Below, in pieces: positions 25,743 to 41,600 of a stretch of DNA of 64,000 nucleotides; the first letter of the stretch is position 1, and each line of letters starts with the position of its first letter. A model generated the notes under the pieces. It saw only the letters and a program-made list of their open reading frames with translations. It was not told where the DNA came from and did not search any database. Origin of the DNA: Vitrella brassicaformis CCMP3155 (Eukaryota; Protista; Chromerida); assembly GCA_001179505.1 (NCBI GenBank), contig CDMY01000581.1, forward strand, positions 124,001-188,000, written 5' to 3'. Made by a program: the position numbers and the translations under genes.

Positions 25743-26110
25743 CTGACTGACTGACGATATAGAGAGGGAGGGAGGGGGAAAGGGAGGGAAGGAGGGAGGG
25801 AGGGGGGAGAGGGGCGCTGGCTGGCCGGCCAGCAGTCTGCAAATGGAGTACCTAACGTGGATAGGTTTCTAGCTGTCTATCTGTCTAGATCTGAGCTGCT
25901 TGGGTGCATGCTTTCAAGTGACTCTCTGGGCTGACGTGACAAACAACGACCCTGACTCTGTCAGTGAGTGATATGTGCGGGTAGTAGATCAATGCATGCG
26001 CAGATAAATAAATGTGACCACCGACCAGACTTTGTAGTCTGGCTGTGTATTCGGCTCGGGCCGCGGTTTGCCGCGGTTTGATGGATGGAATCGGCACCAT
26101 TTGGGTACAT

Positions 26111-26140
26111 CATTAGGGTTTCAAAACCATTAGGGTTTCA
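26111..26140. promoter_or_regulatory. Two direct copies of CATTAGGGTTTCA (telo-box-like) ~115 bp upstream of the CDPK ATG
   Basis: Exact 13-bp direct repeat at 26111-26123 and 26128-26140; the reverse complement contains AAACCCTA. Confidence 0.45.
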
Positions 26141-26255
26141 GACCCAAGCCCTTTTGGTTCTTTCACCAAGTCGCAACAGCGTGTCGGCGATTCGTTGTTC
26201 TCGTCAGTACATGTTCAAGGTCCACTGAGGAAGTTGCGAGTTTCCCTCCAACACC

Positions 26256-30027
<3,772 letters not shown>

Positions 30028-31650
30028 TCGACCGACCCGATATATCCGCATTTACCTTCGCCTGGGGGTCACACTTTTGTGCTGCATGCATGCGTCCCTG
30101 TGCCTGCGGAATGCATGATGTTTTTCGCCTGGCATGGCCGCCTGTGGCTTGCTGTCTGACTTCAATGTGGGGTTGCGGTGGGTCTGTCTTTCGTGCCTCT
30201 CCCTCTCCGTCACGTGCTGGGTGGGCTCGGTTAGCGCGGTACATCCGCTGCGTGTGACTGTGCCGGCCTGGTGCGTGGCTGAGAGGGGGAGACGGGAAGA
30301 CGCGACTTGACGACATGCCGGCTGGCTGCTGCAATGATTGAGTGGGATGATCTGATCCATCGGCGAAGTGTTGATTGATTTCTTGTTGTGTTGATTGATG
30401 TGGTGGGTGGCTTGTCATATTGCTGGAGCGGGTAACCTCGATCACCGATCTGTCTCTAACAGATCGGGTGGGCAAGGTGACCATCTTTGGCGTCATGGCA
30501 AACACTCACTCGTTGGGTAACAGCGGTGCCTGCTCGCGTGTGCGTTGGGGCGGGGCGGGGCGTCTTGAAGTTGGCACGGCGAATGTATGTGTGTGCGTGT
30601 GTGTGATGGCGAGAGGATGGGATGGGAGGATGGGAGGGGGTGCGTAAGTAAGTAAGGAGTTTAGTCACCGACTGACTTCTTTCTTGTCTTCCATCAATCC
30701 AATCCGTCCACACACACAGACAGACAGCCATGTGTACGTGTGTGTGGCATGAATGCATTGAATGATGGACCCATCTACGTGCGGCTTCTTACTACTGACT
30801 CGACTACTCACTCTACTTAAGTCGCACTTCCCTTTTTCTAGTGGGGTTCATCACACAACACACATCAATGGCATCCCACCTCCCTCCCTCCCTCCCTTGT
30901 TCCCTCCCTCCCTCTCGGCTTGATGGCGGCTTTTTCCCAGCCATGCATGCCAGCCAGGGAAAACATACCTCAGATGCACCGCACCCACACAGCACTACAT
31001 ACACCACACCACATACACTCAATCGCCACTATGAATGACCCTGCCGTGTCTGTCGCTGCTTGGAGGAAGGGACCCTTTTCTATTGTGTCATGTCTGTCGT
31101 CTTGTTTGGCTCCCAACTCCCCGCCAGCCCCCCACTATACTGCCGTTTGCAGACATCCTGTCTTTTTTGCCGTGTCAATGAATGTTTCTGTGTGTGTGGT
31201 AAGTGTGTAAGTGTCGACGGATGGATCGATGACGACATGACAGTGTGGGCGAGTGGGTGGGTGTGGTGTATCTGGTGTATCTGCTACTGCAGACGGAATG
31301 TATGTGTCTCTCGTGTGTGTGTGTTGTGTGTCATTGATCGATCGCAGTGAGGACCGAATGACGATGTGCGCCGTGTGTGTCGTGTGTCGTGTATGTGTGT
31401 GTGTGTGACGGATGCCGTCGTGTCATTTGCGCCATCCATCTCTTTTTCGAGTGCATTCTCTCTCACGTCACCTCACCTGGGAGGAAGGCAACTAAGGAAT
31501 ATATAAGTAGGGCGTGGCGTCGGTCGGTCTTGACAGACAGACAGACAGTCGGGTCGGGCGGGGTGTGTGGTGGTGATAGAGACAGACACTAATTAAGCAA
31601 TCCCCTCACTCACTCATTGATTGCCACAAGTCTGTCTTCTAGTGCACTCA

Positions 31651-34600
31651 TCAACTCAAATAAGCATTATATATCCTCCTGTCATTGTCATACCGCATCA
31701 GCTCTCCGGCACTCATGGTCGAGTGCGGCGCGTACAGATCAGTCGCCACCCTGTCCAGGCGAACACGGCTCGACACATCCACCGCATCAACCCACGACCT
31801 GCATGCCACAACACACGTGCATCCACACAAGTGCAGGGAGTGCCACAACCTTGTTAGTCATGTGTTCGGTCGGTCGGATGCAATCATTGCGGACTCTGGT
31901 ATGTTTGAGAGCCCTCTGTATGCGCCGTACATGGCCCCAGCCAGCCCCGCCACCGCATACGGCGACCCGCCGATAGCTACGGCAGAAAGCAACGTCTCAC
32001 GAAACGACTGGTCCCGACGCATACCCTACCGAAACACCACACACGATGCAGTCACTTCGTCTGGTTGGCCACTTGTGCTGCTCTGTGCTGTGCTGCATCG
32101 CATACCCACTCACCCGCTGGACAGCCCAGACAGCGGCAACGACCTCATTGATGACGCCCCTCCTCTTGAGCGGCATGCCCCAGTGATCCTCACCTACATC
32201 ACCCTGTGTGTCATCAAGGACGCCCCTCACACGCCCGGCCGCCCTCTGCCAAGGCCACCGGGCGTCCATGACGTCCCGCAGAGCGGCGATCTTCCTGTCC
32301 GTCGTGTCGCCCGTTTCGTAGCCGCCCGGCATCTTGTGGATGTCCACCAGGGCGGTGCTGAGGGCTGACCACAGCCGCGATGAGGGACTCTCCGTCTTGG
32401 ATGGGACGTAGGACAGACAGGCCGATATGCTGTGAGCCTGCACAGAGAGAGAAGTTTGTGTGGAGGCACAGAGTCTGTGCCCTCCCTCCCTCCACAGACC
32501 TGCAGAATTGCGGCAGCGATGGCATCGGGAGACTTGTGTGTCAGCTGGGCTGTGTCGAGGGCCAGCCTCGACAAGAGAGGGGATGACGGGGGGGACTCAG
32601 ATGAAGAGTTGTAGAGCAGCAGCGCTGTCGGGGCAATCCTCAAGGCAGCTGAGAGGGGGATGGATGGACAACGGCAACACAACACCGGGAGGGACATCAG
32701 CTTAACTAACTAATCGTTCGTCGGATCACTCCTTCACTCACTCACCTGCAATGTCAGACAGCCCTGCAAACAGACACGACACGACAACCGCCACACAACA
32801 TGAATAACAGGCATCCCATCTTGGCCATTCCCTCCCCCTCCCCCCTCTCCCTCCCTTCATTGAATTGACCGACCAGTGTCCTGTGCGGCCATGGCGGGCA
32901 TCTCCCACCCTCTGGGCGGCTCCCTGTCCACCGGCGGTGGCCGGTCGTCCCAATAGGCGCTGTGATACTGACCGCTGGGNNNNNNNNNNNNNNNNNNNNN
33001 NNNNNNNNNNNNNNNNNNNNNNNNNNNNNNNNNNNNNNNNNNNNNNNNNNNNNNNNNNNNNNNNNNNNNNNNNNNNNNNNNNNNNNNNNNNNNNNNNNNN
33101 NNNNNNNNNNNNNNNNNNNNNNNNNNNNNNNNNNNNNNNNNNNNNNNNNNNNNNNNNNNNNNNNNNNNNNNNNNNNNNNNNNNNNNNNNNNNNNNNNNNN
33201 NNNNNNNNNNNNNNNNNNNNNNNNNNNNNNNNNNNNNNNNNNNNNNNNNNNNNNNNNNNNNNNNNNNNNNNNNNNNNNNGCTGCTCACCGAGGACTACAG
33301 GCCGCTGGATGCGTCCGAGCGGCGCGAGTGCATGGGGGCCTTGTGTGAGGAGGTGGGGCAGGACCTCTGGGACCACCCCGTGCAGACGCTGGCTGTCCTA
33401 GCCGACATCCTCGAGGCCACACGAGAGGCCCAGTACCAGCCCTCACGATACCTGCAGCAGCAGCAGCAGCAGCAGCAGCCGGAGTACCGTCATGAGTTTG
33501 ACTTCAGCGAGCAGCTCATGTACCTCCTCTTCACCAGCGCACAACAAGGCGGATTATCCACTGATAATGACGGACCCCGGACGTCATCAGGGGACTCACA
33601 ACGTGACGACGTTCCCCGCGACGCTGTTCGCTTCGACCGAGGCGACGGGCAGCACCCCTCTCCGTCTCGTCTGCAGAAGGTTGCTGCAGCGCGTCTCGAG
33701 GGTTTGAGGCAGCAGGGCGCCCGGCTGCTGTCGACACTGCAGCAGCATCAGAGGCAGCTGCTGGGGCGGGTCCAGGCGCACCGTACTGGCGTCAGCACCG
33801 AAACATCCAGCGCTCTCGGCATCCACCCGCAGCCCTTCGCACAGGTTCTGGCCGCTCATGGCTGGGTCCCCTCACACGTCACCTTCAAGAGGGGGCCGGC
33901 CGAGCTGCAGCTGCTGCCCGGAAGAGCCGCACGGATGCAGCAGCCCCGGGAGGGACATCAGCTTAACTAACTAATCGTTCGTCGGGAGGGACATCAGCTT
34001 AACTAACTAATCGTTCGTCGGATCACTCCTTCACTCACTCACCTGCAATGTCAGACAGCCCTGCAAACAGACACGACACGACAACCGCCACACAACATGA
34101 ATAACAGGCATCCCATCTTGGCCATTCCCTCCCCCTCCCCCCTCTCCCTCCCTTCATTGAATTGACCGACCAGTGTCCTGTGCGGCCATGGCGGGCATCT
34201 CCCACCCTCTGGGCGGCTCCCTGTCCACCGGCGGTGGCCGGTCGTCCCAATAGGCGCTGTGATACTGACCCCTGGGGGGCGGCTGGGGGCGAAACGGGGA
34301 GGCCTTGGCGGGCTGTGTGTATGTCACTGGCTGCAGCTCGATGGGAAAATCATAGTTGGGGAACGAGGGCCCACTGGGGTTGGTGACGACAACACCGCCC
34401 TGGTTGCTATTGTCGGGTGAGGGGGGCCTGGGCCTTCTCTCGGCCCGTTTGGCCCGACGAGCGGCCATCTCGTCCTCAGCGAGGGCGCCTCTCATCAAGG
34501 AAAGAAAAGCGTCCAGACTGACAGACAGCACACATGACATGCAGAATGAAGGAAGGACTGAGTGAATGAGGGAGCGATGGAGCGATGGAGCGATGGATGG

Positions 34601-35351
34601 ATGGATGGATGTGAACCGCCTCCCTCAATCTATCCATCCAACTCACCTGGGATTGGCGCCAGGCGAGCGTGTGGTCCGTAGGTTCTCATACTCATCCACG
34701 AGCCTCTGCGCCACATCCCAGCCATCGAACCGTCCATAAAGCGCCAGACTCTCACCCAACGTCCCCGTTAGCCGCGACCCATCGCTCGCAGGCAGTGGAC
34801 CCATCCCAGTCGACCCTCGGACGACCCGCCGCACCAAGCTCTCCCGGTAGCCCTCAGGCCGGTACTCGTCAAAGAGACCGCCAAGCGCGTCACCCACATA
34901 GCCACCGATGAGGGCGCCGCGGAATCGGTCGAGCGCGCGGAGTTCGCGGGCGATCTCCTCTTCGCTCGGAAACGGATTTGCCCTGACAGACAGACAGACA
35001 GACAGACACCAAGGAACAAAAGACCAAACAACCAAGGTGTCAACATGACCTTGAACGAATGCATTCATCAGCTGAGTGTGTGCACCTTCCAATGCGGTCT
35101 TGGGGCGATGACAACGAGTTGAGGCGATGCACTCGTCCTGTTCTCGAAAAGGGCCGGCGTGCTGACCATCGCTGCGCCTTCTTGACAGAGGGAAGCTTAA
35201 CCGGTGTCAGATAGGCAGCGGGGCATCTCTGCTCGCCTCTGGTGATGGTGAGGATGTCAAGCAGCAGCATGGACAGGGCCCATGAGCAGGACGAGATCTG
35301 ATAGATGGATGATGCGCATGAATCGAAGAACAACAATGGGATGTGCTTCAT
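31651..35351 (-). CDS. ADP-ribosylglycohydrolase (ARH/DraG)-fold protein with degenerate catalytic motifs, interrupted in this assembly by a duplicated/chimeric block
   Basis: DRFRGALIGGYVGDALGG, AALRIAPTAL, SRLALDTAQLTH, AVAIGGSPYAVAGLAGAMYGAYRGLSNIPESW. Exon phases are consistent, including an 18-nt micro-exon. Confidence 0.88.
32685..32979. repeat. Near-identical copy of ~33946-34275 (ARH exon/intron segment)
   Basis: Direct comparison; one substitution near the gap (PSGQY vs PRGQY). Confidence 0.95.
32980..33279. other. Assembly gap (300 N placeholder)
   Basis: Exactly 300 N. Confidence 1.
33280..33947 (+). repeat. ~668-bp near-identical copy of 54393-55057 (internal exon of the SERAC1-like gene) lying inside the ARH-like locus
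   Basis: Sequences match apart from YLQ8 vs YLLQ6, SPSR vs SPPR and LEGL vs LEDL. Confidence 0.95.
33949..34020. repeat. Tandem duplication of a 36-nt unit (GGAGGGACATCAGCTTAACTAACTAATCGTTCGTCG) at the chimeric junction
   Basis: Units at 33949-33984 and 33985-34020; a single copy occurs near 32688. Confidence 0.95.
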
Positions 35352-35683
35352 GGCGGGCCACTCTCCTCCCTCAACATTTCAGCCCCAGATCTCGGCGCGC
35401 GGGAGTTCAGCGCGCGGGAGTGCGATCTTCTCGCCGTGGATCGCGCAGATCTGCAGCGGGCTGGAGGAGAAGAAGAGCCCTGAAGAAGAGCGCGTTGCAT
35501 CCTTGTTATAGTAGTTTTCAGATGCCGGCATGGTTTCGTGCTGAATGGGCCTTCCCATGCTGTCGTCGATGGCGCAACAGACTGGTGCAGTGCTCCGTGC
35601 TCCAGTGTGCAGTCTGTGGTGATCTCCCGTGGCTGCCGCCCCATCACTAGCTCCACTGGAGTTATCCTATCTCTGATTAACTC

Positions 35684-38600
35684 ATGGCACTCGTGGAGGC
35701 TGAGGCTGCCGCCTTGCCGGCAATGAGGCCGAATGAGTTGCAGTACGTCGTGCACGACTTCTGGCGGAGCACATCCACGTCACAAGTGCTCATCAGCCCA
35801 GGTAAGTAAGGTACTCACACGCGCCTTCGATGAACGGTGGACACACGACATCACTCGCCCTCCTTAGTGCTGCATACATGTGTGTGTGTGTGTGTGCGTG
35901 TGTGTGTGGTGGGTATGTATGCAGGTGTGACGACCGTCGGCGACTTCACGTTCGGCTTGCAGGTGCAGCGTGTGGACCGGTCGCCCGCAGCACACGGGCT
36001 GACGTCTGATGGCGGGGGGAAGGGCGGGAGGGGGGATGCGGCTGGCCGGGCGAATGCGTCGATATCGATATGTGTGGAGGTCATTCGGGAGCAACACACA
36101 TACGGAGTCGACTCATGGTGGTTCCCATCCGTCAGGTAGGTAACCTACCTACTTGTCTGGACACGCTACCTACCGATGACATGAGTGCATCCCATCCACC
36201 ACCCCGCCGGATGGATGTTGACGATGCATGTTGGTGTGGTGTGCATGTATCATTCACTTCATACCTGCGCAGGTATGAAGTGTCGGTCATCAACTTCAAG
36301 GATCCGTCACGCACCATCCGCCGCCAGGCCGTCTGGACCTTCTCCGCCCAGTCATCCGTCGTGGGCTTCTCTGGCGTTATCGACCCTTCTCGCACCAACA
36401 AGCGGGAGGGCTTCTTGTCCGAGGAGGGCTCTCTCGTCATCCGCCTCTGGGCCCAGCCGTCACTCTACCAGCTCGGCTCGCCAGGGCGACATCTGGTGGG
36501 TGGAGAGCCGCCGCCGCCCGAGCAGTCCATAGCTCAGGCTTGTGGCGCATCATCTTCCTCTGCTTCCGCTGCGGCTCCCCCAGCCCCAGAGCCACCCATC
36601 GCCCACACGTGTGGCAACGCCATCCCCGTCATCGATGGTGGGCCCATGGACACCGACTACCTCGCCGTGCTAATGGAAACCCTCCTCCACGTCACGGCCT
36701 TCCGGCAGCAGCTGCTTCTTCAGGCCCTCAGCCGTCGCCTCACCGGCCGGTCCTGCCTGCTCGACACACACATGGGAAGAGCGAGGGTGACCACCGCCAG
36801 CATGGCAGCAGCGTGTGGGTATCGTGAGCTGGGAACCGATGGAGTCTGCGCCATAGTGGCCGACGAGGTGTTGCGGAAAGGAGGATTCGATACTGGCTGG
36901 GGTGAGGCCTTCACCCCAGCCTACAATGCTGTCGTGGAGATGCGGACGGCCGTCGACGCGCTCCGAAAAGGCAACTGCCTGTCGGATGGTCCGTCTGTGC
37001 CGGTGGAGGCTTGTCGTGTGGTGTATCCGCCCGGCTTGTACCGGAGGGCGGTCGCTGCCGTCAACAAGTGCCTGCTGGCGTCCATCGAGCGGCTCGTGAG
37101 GCGCTGTGTGCAAGAGGGGGAGAAACAAGAGGTCGGCTCTGAGCGATCCGATGCCGCAACAGGCGACACACGGTCAGCAGCAGCACGAGAGCCGTCATCA
37201 TGACGAATGCCACCCTCATTCTTGGTCCCCTGTATGTGCAGAGGTCCATCGAGTGACGACACATCCCCTCCCAGCAAGCCAGTGCATGAACCGCATCATC
37301 CGGTCGTGGATCTGCGAGCCGAGCTGTGGCTGGCAGGGTGTGTAGTCGACCTCACAGCGGCGTGCCACCTGTCCGCTATCGAGCTCCAGGCGCTCCAGCC
37401 CTTTACCAATGGTGGTGGCATCGCCCCGACCCCTTTTCTCAGATACACCCAGCCACCACCACCACCAGCAGTTCCAACCGGTGACAACGGCGGCCCTTCC
37501 CTCCTACTCTCCGAAGATGACGTCACCGGCAGCATCATGCTCCACCCCCTGCGAGTTGGCGGCATTCCGCGGGCAGACATCGACAAGGCCAACAAGGCCG
37601 GCCACCCAGATGACCCAATCATGGCGTCGCTTCTGACGCCCATGACCATCGCAGCTGGGCTGAGGGAGCTGCAGCCGGCACTCCAGGCGCTTCTGCGGCT
37701 CGCCGGCGCCATCCGTGAGGCGACGACTTCGTCCAACACCACCACTCGCCGCGAGAGTGAGGGTTGTGCGGAGGGCAGCGATGCTGGCGAGTCAGTGAGG
37801 ACCTCAATGGAGCTTGAGACCACCAGCAGCACCCCACCCAATGAGTCGACAAACAACCAGCAGTTGTCTCCGAAGGATGGGGACTACGGCCTGTCACTGG
37901 CTGACCTGGCTATGGCCTTCTCAGACGCATGGGCAGACCGACTTGGCCAACATCCCCTCGGATCATCTGGCTGCGGGGAGGCATTGGAGGAGCTGGTGGA
38001 CATGGTGCTGCAGCTGCTCCCATCGACGAGAGATCGGAGGAGCGAAATCCAAAGGGCGTTGAGGAGGGTGTGCAAGAAGCAGAGGGCGGCCTCGGAGACC
38101 TATGGGAAGGGCAGCAAGGATACGGGCACAGTGACGAAGGTCGACCTGTCAGCCTTGTTGGCCAGTCTCGGGTGGACGGATCTCTCCGCCTTCTGCCACG
38201 CCCCCGCGGCAGCCTACCGCTGTCTCTTGCAAACAACCCAGGGACCGTTGCAACGGATCCTCCCGGCACTGCTGCAAATCCAGCTGGCTCCCCCACCATT
38301 GGAGCTGGCCGACACAGCCAGGCCGACACCATCACCGGCACTAGCACAGCAGGGGAGTTCTTCCCCCGCCACAATCGCCCCCATCCCCATCCCTAGTAGC
38401 ACACCGTCTCTCTTCATCGAGCATGCCGTCGACTGCCCCTCATCTGCCGGCTCCATCGTGCAGGAGATTCTGAACCGCAAGACGTCCAATGGGCGGCAGC
38501 CGCTGACCGCCGCCCCGCCCGTCCTTTGCCTCTTCCCCGTGTTCACCAACCTCACCAACTATAGTTGGCTGCAGTGCGATGTGGAAGATCGCCTTGACCT

Positions 38601-41600
38601 GTCGCCATGGCTCGTGGGCGATGCCGACACGGCACCGAGGCACGTCAGGACCGCCACAATGACGGCGGCGCCTGTTGGGGTCGTTACCACCACCACACAC
38701 GTGCCAATGACCGTAGCTGGGGGAGGGGAGGTGGCCCTTGGTGGTGGTGGTGGAGGTGGGAAGAGTAGTAGGAGGGTGCCGTACCTGCTGCATGGGCTGC
38801 TGCTGAGGCACGTGGTGGAGGGCAGGACCCCCGCGCCCAAATACTACGCATTCATCTCGTGAGTGACGTACACTTCACGGATGGCCATGCATGGCGGATG
38901 GGGATGGAGAGGAGAGCATCGCATCCATGTGCTCGTGTGTGTGTGCGTGTGTGTGTGTGTGAAGGTATGGTATGCCATCTCAGGTGTCTGGTGTCCGTCG
39001 TTGGCTGCGGATGTATGACGGCCGGCTGGATGCCTGGGAGGAGGTAGAGCCGGGCTGTCTGCAGAAATGGCTCGTCAACAGGGGATTCGTTGTCTGGGGC
39101 CTTATATACGCTCGCGTGAGCACCCCCACGCTCCCACACCACCTGCACGCCTGCCTGTCACACACACAACGTATGACCCTCTCTCTGCCGTTCTGCCTTT
39201 CTTGCTCTCAGGAGGACATGCTCCCCTCTCTGTCGGCCGACCTCCTCTACCACCCCACAATCACCCTGGCCACATCCGCCCTACCCCCCTATGCCTCCTT
39301 CCCAGACATAACCTATGCAATGTTTGCGCCCCCACCACCCAGCCCGCCACCCGCACAAACCGACGACTCACCCAGGAGCGGAAATCGGCCAGCCACAACA
39401 TCAACATACACACTGAGCAGCAGCACCGCTGGCGGGGCCTCCCGTGCTGCTGAAGACCTGACCGGACGGCTGACGCCAAAGGGAGGAGGCAGTGGCACCT
39501 CCTTCGGCTCGGGTCTTCTCTCAGGTGCCGCGTCGGCAATTCTGGGGGCGGCATTGAGCAAGAGCGCCCAGCAGCTGGCGGCCGTGGGCGACGCTGGGGC
39601 CAAGGAGGCCCGTGAGCTGGCGTCGCTGGAGAAGGGGCTGAAGAACGAGGTGACCGACATCTTGTCGGCCAACGTCAAGACGCTGACCAAGAGGGAGAGG
39701 GCGCGCATGAGGCGCGACGCTGAGGCGAGACGGAAGAAGATACGGGACCTCAAGAGGGCGGACAGGATGATGGCTCTCTATCCATCGGAGATACAACAGG
39801 TGGGTGCGTGCGGCTAGGCGGAGGGAGGTACACACAGCTGTAAAGGACACACACATGTGGTGGTGGGGTGTGGTGTGGTGTGGCGTGGTGGGGTGTGTGT
39901 CCCTTGACTGAGTGCAGCTGCACCAGATGGAAAAGATCAACGACTTCGTCTTCTCACTGGCTGACGAATGGGACGGGGATGACAACACCCAAGACCTCGA
40001 GGCCATATCCACACCCACGACCACCAGCACCAGCACCCCAGACTGGAAGAACAAGCTCATTCGCGAGATCCAGAAGCTCACAGAGATCATCAACCTCGGC
40101 ACCAAGGCCATCACCGACCCACTGGGTGCCGCCACTGACGCGGTTCAGCTTCACGGTGGCGTCATCAAGGTGCGCCTGGTCACTGAGAAAAACCTCAAGA
40201 AGGACAGCTCACGAGGGTTCTTCCGATTCAACGAACTCAAGGCATCGCGAACTCTGGAGGTATAGTGGCGGGGGGATGGCTGGGGGAGTGGGGAAGAGGG
40301 AGAGTTGCCTGAATGGAAAGTATGGCTTGCGTCTGTGCCCCTGTGTGTGTGTGTGTGTGTGTGTGTTTCAGGTTCGCTGGGGTGCGGCGGTGGAGAGGCT
40401 GATGAAGGGCATCGAGGAGCTCTTCAAGATACCACAGTCAAGGCAGCTGCTGTTCGAAATGACACAATCCAACACAGGTACGTAGATAGATGGACAGATA
40501 GATACACACGCCTAAACACGCCTACACACACACACAGACGCATCGATCGCTGTGTGTGTTGTATCTACCACACAGACACCGATCCGATCCACATCCAGTA
40601 CCACCTCCGCTATCTCCCCCCAAGCACGTCGCTTCAGCCGCCATCCACCAGCCTCGCGCAGGTGGGCGGGCTTTTCCGGCAATCATGACATGACTGCATG
40701 CTACTATCTCTCCCCCTTGTGTGACTGACGCACTTCAGGATTCCTATGGCGGCAGCCAGCCGCAGCTGACCATTCTGCTGTTGCTCCACCGCCCCGCCGA
40801 CCTCCTCCCCCCGCCCCTCTCGCCCGACGCCGGTCGCACACCCAAGGCCATCGCAAGATGGACCACCACAGGCAAATCCACACCACCGAGCTCAAATGTC
40901 GAGTTGCTCGTGCCACGATGCCTGGGCGAGCCCGTGCAGCCCCGCAAGGGTGCGGCGGGCGGCAAGGTTGGCAAGGGGGCGCCTCCGGTGCGGGCGACTA
41001 CTCAGCACACGGTGACTCAGCACACGATCACCATCAAGATGGGCGGCGTGACGAGCATGCAGAGGAGCGACTCGGCTTGGCTGGGTGTTGGCAGCGCCCC
41101 GGCTGCAAACGAGGCGGCTCCACCGATGGCAGCTCTCTTTGACTCCAGGACAGATCGGCTGCTGGTCATCCGGTACTGGGGGGCACCGCCACACGCATCC
41201 CCTCGTTTCTGGACGATCGGCACCCTGGTTGTGGACGTGCGGCGGAGCCTGCAGCACTACGAGCAATGGCTTCGGCACCGAATCGCCCACGACTGCGGCG
41301 ACGTATTCGACCAGTCAATGCTTCTCATCGCCTTCCTCGAGGTCGCGCCACGGCAGATGGTGGCCCTGCCGATGGAGGCATGTCTGGCTGGTCCCCTCTC
41401 GCTGACGTCATCGGCATTCGTGGCGGTGCAGAGTGCCCCCCGTCGGCGGTATCTATATGGCGGCGTGGTGCCGTCGTCCATCAGGGCGGTGGCAGCAGAG
41501 GGGTATGAGTGTCGGCTGAAGGATGGGCGGGAGGTGTGGGTTCCGGGGCAGCTGGCGGTTACCCATGGCGACAGGAACTCACAGTTCCTGAATGGCGACT

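Noticed and set aside
30446-30464. GATCTGT-N5-ACAGATC hairpin as a structured RNA or terminator
   Set aside because: A 7-bp stem is expected by chance in 64 kb, and no ncRNA family motifs lie nearby.
33332-33970. 212-aa ORF as an independent gene or expressed paralog
   Set aside because: It is an internal fragment of the SERAC1-like exon with no promoter or splice context, and it runs into ARH intron sequence.
33949-34020. 36-nt direct repeat as a CRISPR repeat or transposon terminus
   Set aside because: There are only two adjacent copies with no spacer, and the sequence is ARH intron at a chimeric junction.
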